DNA from: the human T2T-CHM13v2.0 reference genome, Homo sapiens
Length of the DNA stretch: 64,000 nt
Direction: 5' to 3' (one strand)
Assembly: GCF_009914755.1 (NCBI RefSeq)
Contig: NC_060926.1
Made by a program: the position numbers and the translations under genes. Shown here piece after piece: positions 53,725-64,000 of the stretch (positions are counted from its first letter, which is position 1; every line of letters starts with the position of its first letter). Below the pieces are notes generated by a model. That model saw only the letters and a list, made by a program, of their open reading frames with translations. It did not search any database and had not been told where the DNA came from.

Positions 53725-54359
53725 CAGTCCATCCTTATTATTCGCAGATTTTGTATTGGCAAATTTGCCCACTAGCTAAAAGTTATTTGTAACTCCAAAC
53801 TCAATACTTTCTTGCTTTTTTGTGGTCATTTGTGGACATGTGTGCAGTGGAACATTTGAATTGTCCAATATATACATTCCCAATTGAGTCAAGCAACGTT
53901 CTCTCCCTTTTTCTTCAGCTCTCGTGTTATAAACAAATGTCCTTTTCGTGATCGTGCCATATTTTTCAGATTTTTTGCTAATGATTTTGTTGTTTGAAAT
54001 CATTATGCCCCCAAGCACAGTACTGAAGTGCTGTTTAATGTTTTTAAGTGCAAGAAAGCTATAATGTGCCTTCTGGAGAAATTAACATGTATTAGATAAC
54101 TTCATTTAGGCATGAATTATAGTGCTGTTGCCTATGAGTTTAATGTTAATGAACCAGTAATATATATTAAATAAGATGTCTTTAACAGAAACATATATTA
54201 AACAAGATCATGTATTGATTGGTTGATGAAAGTGTTGTGATTAGAGGCTTATAGGAATATAACTGTATTCCCTAGGAATAATGGCTCAGTATTTGCTAAT
54301 TTATTGTTCATTGTGACTTTATAGAACAAATAACTACCATAAATAACGAGAATGGGCTA
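53725..54359 (-). mobile_element. MER82 (TcMar-Tigger DNA transposon), near full length
   Basis: TIR-like CAGTCCATCCTTATTATTCGC… / …AATAACGAGAATGGGCTA, flanked by TA. Confidence 0.75.
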
Positions 54360-54422
54360 TATATCTGTTACTCGATTATCTAAGAGAAAAGAAGGTAAAC
54401 CACATGATTATCTCAAAAAAAA

Positions 54423-54716
<294 letters not shown>

Positions 54717-55960
54717 AATTATCTCAATTTATACAGAAAAAGTATTTGATAAAATTCACCATCTATTCATGTTAGAAATGCTCAGGAAACTAGGACTAGA
54801 CGTCAACCTTCTAATTAAAGGACTGCTTTATTATATATAAGTGTATATAATATAAGCCTGCAGTTAACATCATATTTTTTTCTTCATAAGATCAAGAACA
54901 ACTAAGGATGTCAACTCTCACAATTCCTACTCTGATCCTAAAATTTATATGAAACTGCAAAGACTAAAATAGCCAAAACAATATTGAAAAGGAATAATTA
55001 AAATTAAAGAACTTACATTGCGTTTGGACAGAGGTACAGATAAATGGAAAATAATAGAACATTGAGAAATAATTCACACTTCTCGATAAAGGTTCCTAAG
55101 GTAATTCAGTGGGAGAAAGAATAGTATTTTCCACAAACAGTTTTGGAGCAACTGGATATCCATATAGGGGAGGGGGATAATCCCTTTCCTTAAACTGTAC
55201 ACAAAAGTGAACTCCAAATGGATGAAAGACCTACATATGAAGGGTAAAATGGAAAGACTTCTAGAAGAAAACATAGGAGCAAATCATCTTGACCTTGGAG
55301 TAGGCAAAGGTCTTTTAGGACACAAAAAGCATGAACTATTAACAGAAGTAGTCGATAAATTGTAGTCTATTAAAATTAAAAAATGCTATTCGAAAGGCAC
55401 CATTAAAAATTGAGAAGACAAGCCAAAAAGAAGACAAGGCAAAACTGTTCGTATGCATATATTTGACAGAGAACTTGCATCCAGAATACATAAATCCAAT
55501 TCAATAAGAAGACAAACCTATCAGTTAAAAAATGGACAATGGATTTGATCAGACATATCACTGAAGAAAATGTGTAAGTGGCCAAAAAGCACTTTAACTC
55601 AACCTCATTTGGTACTGGGGAGATGCTAATTAAAGCCACGGTGAACCATTGCTCATCTACTAGAATGAATGAAATGAAAAAGTATGACAATGCCAGATGT
55701 TGATGAGGATAGTGGAACAACTGGAGCTGTAATGCATTGTTGGTGGGAATGTACACTGGGTACAACCAGTTTGGAAAACATTTTGGCAGTTTCTTATAAA
55801 GGGAGACTTACACTTGTCCTAAGATCCAGCATTTCCACTGTTTACCCAAGAAAAATGAAAATACTTATCCATAAAAAGATTTCTTCAAGAATTTTCGTAT
55901 ATGACTTATTCCTAATTGTCAAACACTGGAAGCAATCCGCGCCCATCGGTAGGCTATTAG

Positions 55961-56250
55961 AGGCTGAGCGCGGTGGCTCATGCCTGTGATCCCAGCACTT
56001 TGAGAAGCCGAGGCGGATCACTTGAGGTCAGGAGTTTGAGACCATTCTAGCCAACACGGTGAAACCCGCCTCTACTAAAAATACAAAAATTAGCCAGGTT
56101 TGGTGGCATATGCCTGTAATCCGAGCTGCTCGTGAAGCTGAGGCAAGAGAATCTCCTGAACCTGGGAGGGGGAGGTTGCAGTGAGCTGAGATTGCCATCA
56201 CTGAACTCCAGCCTGGACAACAGAATGAGATTCGGTCAAAAAAAAAAAAA
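55961..56250 (+). mobile_element. AluS
   Basis: Alu consensus. Confidence 0.9.
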
Positions 56251-56280
56251 GAGGTATTAGATAACCAAATTGTAGTATTT

Positions 56281-56514
56281 TGTATTAATCTGGGTTCTCC
56301 GGAGAAACAGAACCAATAGGATACATATATATTTTATTGATACAATAACATACACACAGATTTATTTTAAGGAATTGTCTCATGCACTAATGGAGTCTGA
56401 GAAGTCCCGTTATCTGCAGTAGGCAAGCTGGAGACCCAGGAGAGCCAGTAGTATAGTTCTAGACTAAGTCCAAAGACCTGAGAACCAGAAGGAGTTGACA
56501 TAATTACCACCACA
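56281..56514 (-). mobile_element. Internally deleted MLT2B/C/D-type LTR
   Basis: Both termini present (TGTATTAATCTGGGTTCTCC…TTGACATAATTACCACCACA) in only about 234 bp; near-TSD TATTT/TATAT. Confidence 0.7.
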
Positions 56515-56847
56515 TATATTCATACAATGGAGTACTCCTCAGCAATAAAAAGGAATGAACTGTTACATGCAACAACAAGCATGGATCTCATGGACACTAT
56601 GCCGAGTGAATGAAGTCAGACACAAAACAGTATTATGTGATTACATTTGTATGACACCTTTTAAAAAAGCAAAACTAACCTTTAATAATAGGAAGTAGGT
56701 CAGAGTTTACCTGGGTTCAAGAGTGGAGAGATTGACTTCAAAGGAGCGTGAAAAATTGTTTAGGGCTTATGGCAGTGTTCTAAATCTTGATGGTAGTAGT
56801 GATTTAATGGCGTATTTGGCTTTCAAAACTCCAAAGATGGGTGCAGA

Positions 56848-57143
56848 TTTATTTATTTAGAGATAGGATGTTGCCCTGTCACCAAGGCTGGAGTGCAGTG
56901 ACTCAATCATAGCTCACTCCGACCTTGACCTGCTGGGCTCAAGCAATATTCCTGCTTCAGCCTCTCTTGTAGCTGGGACTACAGGCACATGCCACCACAT
57001 CTGGCTTATTTTTACATTTTTTATAGAGATGGGGGTCTTACTGTGTTGCCCAGATTTGTCTCAAACTCCTAGCCACAAGTGATCCTCCCTCTTCAGCCTC
57101 CCATAGCATTGGGATTACAGGCGTGAGTCACTGTACCCAGCCT
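56848..57143 (-). mobile_element. AluJ
   Basis: Alu consensus. Confidence 0.88.
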
Positions 57144-58590
57144 GGTACATTGTTTTTTATGTAAATGATACCTCATGTTTAACAAAAGAATAATTACTAA
57201 TTGGATTTTTAAGTTTCTACAATAGTCCTTATCTTTTTGATACTATGCCTATGGGAAATCATTTTGGTTAAATCAATCATTTTCTTTCTAGGATAAATTA
57301 TTAATTAGGTACTGCTGGGCCTGTATCAATATTTGGTTATGGTATCTGTTAATGTTTGAAAACTTAGTGGAGAAATTAACTGAAAAAGAAACATGGAAAT
57401 AACTGGAGAAGATGCAAAATTAGAAATAAATTGTGGAAATTCATTTTTTCCTAAATTTTCCCTTAGATTATAAATAAATTCTCATGTAAGTTTATCATTT
57501 TAAAAACATAATTTTAAATATCTTTAATATTCTATGTATTTTCTGTCAGTTTTCCTGTTCTTCAATTTTTGGACATATCTTTGTATTTGAAGCCTTTTTT
57601 GGCATTTGATTATTCTTCTGTATGCATACTTAGATGTAGAATCACTGAATCAAGGAGTATGAATTTCAAAAAAATATAGATAATAAATTCACATGGCAAA
57701 TTCCAAGGGTACAATTGGGAATGCAGTGAAATGTCTTCCTTGTGCCTTTGTTGACAAATTTCCCTTCTTGGAGGCAGCCAGTGTCATCAGAATTTTGCGT
57801 TTCCTTCGTGTGTGTGTTGCAAGAAGTTTAGATAGTGGATGAAAGACAAATTTTACAAGAAGGTAATTATATTATACATACTCTTTAAAATAAAATCAAC
57901 TACAGTTATTTTTACTTGAATTTCATAAAAGAAAAGGAAACTATAATGAAACTGATAGAACCTCTTTGAATTTAAATATTTACCAGAAGAAAAGATCTCT
58001 AAGATTAAGAAAAGAAAGGTTTGGAGTAATATTTTTGAAATATTGTTAATATATAAAAGAAATATAAATTACCAGTAAAAGTATGACTATTTTAGAACTC
58101 AGTTATTGAAATAGAAATGAAATGTTTTTATCTTTTTTAGACTGGTGAAAATTGATAAAATATACAAGAATGGGTACCCTTGTGATGTTATAGGTTTTTG
58201 CAAAATTTTTTCAGTAAAAGGCAATTTGGCAGTACTTCCAATTTTAATCTGTCTGTTATCTTGAATATAGTAATTTGATATCTAGAAACTTTTCACGAAC
58301 AGATCTTAAAACAAGTCTAAAAGGATACCTATCTGCTGTGAAAGTGTCCATTAATAGAAGATTAAGTTATAGTGAATCTACCAAATAGGATAATGTACAA
58401 GTATTAAACATAGTGATGTGTTGTAGATTTTAATTTATTGCCATGGAAATAGGTTCTCGACATACCCTTTTTATTTCTCTCAACAATAAGTAATTGAATG
58501 CATAATGGGACCTCATTTATATAAAATCATATGTATGTCCAAGGGTAGACAGATTTCTGTAAATACAAATACTCATTAAAGTGGTTTTCT

Positions 58591-58883
58591 GCCTGGGCAC
58601 AGTGGCCCACACCTGTAATCCCAGCACTTTGGGAGCTTGAGGTGGGTGGATCGCTTGAGCTCAGGAGTTGGAGACCAGCCTGGGCAACATGGCAAAACCC
58701 CATCTCTACCTAATATACAAAAAATTAGCCAGGCGTAGTGGCGTACGCCTGGAGTCTCAGCTACTTGGGAGGCTGAAGTGGGAGGATCACTTGAACCTGC
58801 GAGGCTTGAGGTTGCAGTGAGCCGAGATCATGCCACTGCACTCCAGCCTGGGTGACAGAGCAACACCCTGTCTAAAAAACAAA
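58591..58883 (+). mobile_element. AluJb-like
   Basis: Alu consensus. Confidence 0.9.
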
Positions 58884-59067
58884 AGCAGTTAGCTCTGGAT
58901 GGTGGACTATTAGAATTTTTAACACTCTTAGGTTTCTTTATGCTGAATATTTATCATTTGTATACTTGAAAAAATTTCTCTCCTTTCTGAACAATTAAAT
59001 ATGTCTAATTTATTTGCTTGCTGTTTCTGTGGATAATAGGAGACATAGCCTTTAAGACAATACCTGA

Positions 59068-59387
59068 GGCCAGGCACAGTGACTCACGCCTGTAATCCCA
59101 GCACTTTGAGAGCCTGAGGCCAGTGGACTGCTTGAGCTCAGGAGTTTGAGACCAACTTGGGCAAAATGGTGAAACTCCATCCCTACAAAAAATACAACAG
59201 TTAACTGGGTGTAGTGGTGCGTGCCTGTGGTCTCAGCTGCTATGGAGGCTGAGGTGGGAGGATCTCTTGAGCCCAGGATGGTGAGGCTGCTGTGAGCCCT
59301 GATCCCACCGCTGCTGTGAGCCCTGATCCTGCCACTGCAGTTCGGCCTGGGTGACAGAGTGAGACCCTGTCTCCAAGAAAAAAAAAG
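59068..59387 (+). mobile_element. AluJ with small internal tandem duplication
   Basis: Alu consensus; GCTGCTGTGAGCCCTGATCC occurs twice. Confidence 0.9.
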
Positions 59388-59814
59388 TACCCAATCAAGT
59401 TCTAAAAATATTTATATCTAACACTGGTTTATCAAGGTCTGTAGAACCTTTGTAATGGAATACCTAAGGGTCATGGTTTGGGATGCTCCACTAGTGCAGC
59501 TGAAATTACCCAGGAACCAGTTGAACAGGTACTCATAGTTGGGGAACTCTGAACTCCAGGACCCAAGGCGTTGACTGAAATTTTCAATGCTACACCCTGC
59601 TATATGTAGTTAAACTCTCTAAAGACTTAGTTTTTAAAGAACAAGTCAAGTTTGAGCCATAGTTTTTATTTACTTTGAATTAACCAAAAAGCATGTGAAT
59701 TTATTGCATACACTTGTCCTTGTTGATAAATGATAGTAACATTGGAAGTCATTCTTTTCTCTGCATCTCAAGTCTTCTTCATTTAGGAAATTAACAAAGA
59801 AAATTAATTTTTTC

Positions 59815-60200
59815 ATTGGCCATTTATAACATATTGCCTGTATCAGGGTTTGCCTTAATCACTGGGATGGGGGGTGGGAAGTAAAATTCCTCCCCTGCAG
59901 AATCATGCTCTGTACCGGAACACAGGAACAGTCAGGAACCTTTCCAGTGAACTATGAGTTCGGGTGGGTGGTTGAGGAAGATTTTCCAGAGGAAGTTACA
60001 TCTGAACTGAATTTTGAAAGGTTAAGCATGAATTAGCCACACCAAAGAAAGGGATATAAGGGTAGAGACAAACACCTAGAGGCATGTAAGGGCACAGTAC
60101 ATACTGGGAACTGCAAGTCCATGGTCTTAGTGTAGGGATCAAGGCAGTGCAGGCAAAAAAGTGAGGCTTCAGAGGCCAGATCATGAAGAGTCTTGTTAGC
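59815..60200 (-). mobile_element. L2 fragment
   Basis: GAGGAAGTTACATCTGAACTGAATTTTGAAAGG…GGCCAGATCATGAAGAGTCTTG. Confidence 0.5.
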
Positions 60201-60548
60201 TGTCAGTTTCTTACCGTGGATTTCCTTATAAATACAGCCTTAGTTCACTTAGTCTGGGAACTTTTGAGTCATCTTTGCTTCTTCAGATTTTCCTCCCATA
60301 ACCTCCTTAATAATTAGGCACCAAATCCTGTCAGTTTTGGGAACTTGGATTGAAATGGAAAAATGACAGGGTAGATGTAGACTGTGTTCTTTATTACAGG
60401 CTGCGACTTATTCTTTTAATTTCTAGGGCTTAGCACTGGCTCACAGGCCCTTACTGTCTGAACAAATGGATTAAAGGAAGGGAGTTCCAAAGATAAAATG
60501 TTCAGCATTTTTACATGTATAACTCATCTGTTCTCCAGTTCATTATCA

Positions 60549-60918
<370 letters not shown>

Positions 60919-61080
60919 TTAGATTTTTAATTAAAAAAAAAAATGAAATCAGACCCATTAGTAAGGTCTGTTGAATTAATGTACCGGTAGGCAACTGAAG
61001 CAACAATGGTCATAGTTAGGGAAGAAAAGTGCCAGACAGCTTTTAGCCATTTGATATAATGCATATATACCAGTTTACAT

Positions 61081-61091
61081 TGTGTGTGTGT

Positions 61092-61152
<61 letters not shown>

Positions 61153-61153
61153 C
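61081..61153. repeat. (TG)n(CG)4 alternating purine-pyrimidine tract
   Basis: Read directly. Confidence 0.95.
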
Positions 61154-61819
61154 CTCCCCACCCTGCCAGCTGAGACTAGTTTTCTTGCGACTATCCCGAA
61201 AGGGATTTTTTTTTAGTTAGAGGAAAAATTGTGAACATGTATATTTACTGCGTTTCACTTGTCACAGTTAATAATGTGGGTACATATTTTCCTGAAAATG
61301 AGTATATACTGCATTTGTTTTCTGAAAATGTGCTACAAAAGGAAAACTGAACATGGAGAGATAGGTAGCATTTATAACAATTACGTATTAGTGAAATAAC
61401 TGTGCCATAGTGAAATAACTGAGAAAGCAAATTATGTGTCTCAGACATATTTGTGAAGCAGCTTTTATGGTTATCAGCAACACAGTTGCTGTAACTATTG
61501 TATTAGTGGAATTGGATCTTATGTGGGTCACATAACCAGCACCTGAACTTTTGTACTTGTAGCTATGCAAGACCCTTACCAAGATAATAATGTAATATAG
61601 AGAGGTGTCAAGAGGTGTTTTCATACATGTATTTGCCATCTTATAGAACTAGAATAACACTGTAATATAATATTATGAATATATCTTTAAAATATTTTTA
61701 AAGCCCCTATGAAAGTTAAGCATAAATGAGCTAAGCTCATCCCCTTCCCCTGCCAAAAGATAAAATATATGAGGGTGTTGTAGCACAGAAACCAAGACAT
61801 AAAGACATGCAGTAGAAAC

Positions 61820-62518
61820 CAGGGGTCAGCAAACTTCTTCTGTAATGTACCACATAGTAAAATTTTAGACTTCACAGGTCAAGAGGTAAAATCGAAGATA
61901 TTATGTAGGCACTACTATAATAAGAGAGCATGCAATTTTTCACAAATTTTTAAAGGACAAAATTTCAAAATATAATAATTGAATGCATTTTTTGTAATAC
62001 AGCTCTAATGAGAAAAGGGAATTCTTTTTAAAGGGATAACATTTCACTTAATTCTAGTTAAAAGTTAGCGTTCCATATCATCAAATCAATTGCAAATGTT
62101 CATCTGCTAATGCTGATTTATATGAAATTTTACGTATCATCTTCGAATTTGACTTTTCACCCAGACAAGAGATGCACATGGCATAACTTTGTCATTATGA
62201 TTTGTAGTGCTGAGCAGCAGTGTGAAGCAATGAGAGGGCCATATGAGGTCTTTGCTGTGTGTACTTAATTCTGCCTTTTTTTTTAAGCACAAAAGCAGCC
62301 ATAGACAACCTGTAAATGAATGATCATATTTGTGTTCCAATAAAACTTTACTTATGGACATTAAAGTTGGAATGTGATTTAATTTTTATGGATTACAAAA
62401 TATTTTAATTTGTCCCCCAACCATTAAAAAATGTACAAGCCAGTTTTAGATTGCTAGCCATACAAAAAACAGGTGCAAGACAGATTTGGCCTGTAGGCTG
62501 TAGTTTTCCCAACCCCAG
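61820..62518 (+). mobile_element. hAT-Charlie MER58-family element
   Basis: CAGGGGTCAGCAAAC…GATTTGGCCTGTAGGCTGTAGTTTTCCCAACCCCAG termini; degenerate 8-bp TSD GTAGAAAC/ATATAAAC. Confidence 0.75.
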
Positions 62519-62698
62519 ATATAAACCATAAAAATTCCCAAAATCTAATATAGATATTTTTGTATTTTTAAGCATTTTATGATTTCAGAAAATTAGTAAC
62601 TTGTTTTAAAAGTGTTTCTATTGTTTTAATACCTTTTCTCGAACAGTATACTCCATGTAAAAATTCAAACATTATAGAAATGCCTAAATTAGTAATTA

Positions 62699-63060
<362 letters not shown>

Positions 63061-63550
63061 ACTTTTATGCACATCTAATTACTTTTTAAAACAAAATATG
63101 AGATCATGCCTTTTATAAACATGTGAGGACTTGCCTTTTTTCACTGACTTTATCATGAATGAGTCTTTAGATCAGGACGTGTGTATCTATGTGCTTAATT
63201 CTTTGAATGGCCTATCATTACATTATGTGACTCTGCCGTAATGTGTCCAATCATCTTCTCATTTTGGACATTTTGTTGTTTCTAGTTTTCTGCAATTCAT
63301 TGTTATGTGCTCTTTTTGTAAATAAACTTGAAAGTTGATCATTAATTTTGAAATAGTTTTTTTAATGCCACTTTGATTTGGGGGCTTAATCTTAAAGGAT
63401 GTGCACATTGAATATAGTTTTAATGTGGTCCATTTATTTAGGAGAACACATTTTCCTTTTTTACTGGCAACTATGGGGTAAGGGTAGTTAGAATTATTCT
63501 CACAGAAAATTATACATAGATTTATTTTCCAATTATTAAATCATGTATGA

Positions 63551-63994
<444 letters not shown>

Positions 63995-64000
63995 TAATAA

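Noticed and set aside
61389-61421. 14-bp direct repeat TAGTGAAATAACTG
   Set aside because: Most simply a small slippage duplication, with no further structure.

Overview
Human (primate) genomic DNA covering the 5' end of FAM117B on the + strand. It contains about 4.3 kb of upstream sequence, a CpG-island promoter, coding exon 1 (ATG 4601 to splice donor 5201/5202; 200 codons plus 1 nt) and about 59 kb of intron 1. No second exon is recognisable in the window. The rest is mostly interspersed repeats: roughly 65 Alu copies or fragments, old L1M/L1MA blocks, a short L1PA insertion, solo LTRs with intact TSDs (MLT2A, LTR9-like, LTR1-like), MLT1, MER82, MER58-like, MIR/L2, and a Y1 RNA retropseudogene. 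Nearly all short ORFs in the track are Alu/L1 artefacts. I find no support for a new multi-gene system. The best leads are: (i) an out-of-frame upstream ORF that reads a 5'UTR CGG repeat as poly-Gly and overlaps the FAM117B start; (ii) several local templated insertions and duplications, one sitting at a hairpin; (iii) a sense LTR offering a cryptic terminal exon; (iv) an LTR with three octamer motifs, and intronic MARE/ARE sites. Repeat subfamily names and gene identity come from recall of consensus sequences, not from a database search, and repeat boundaries are approximate.
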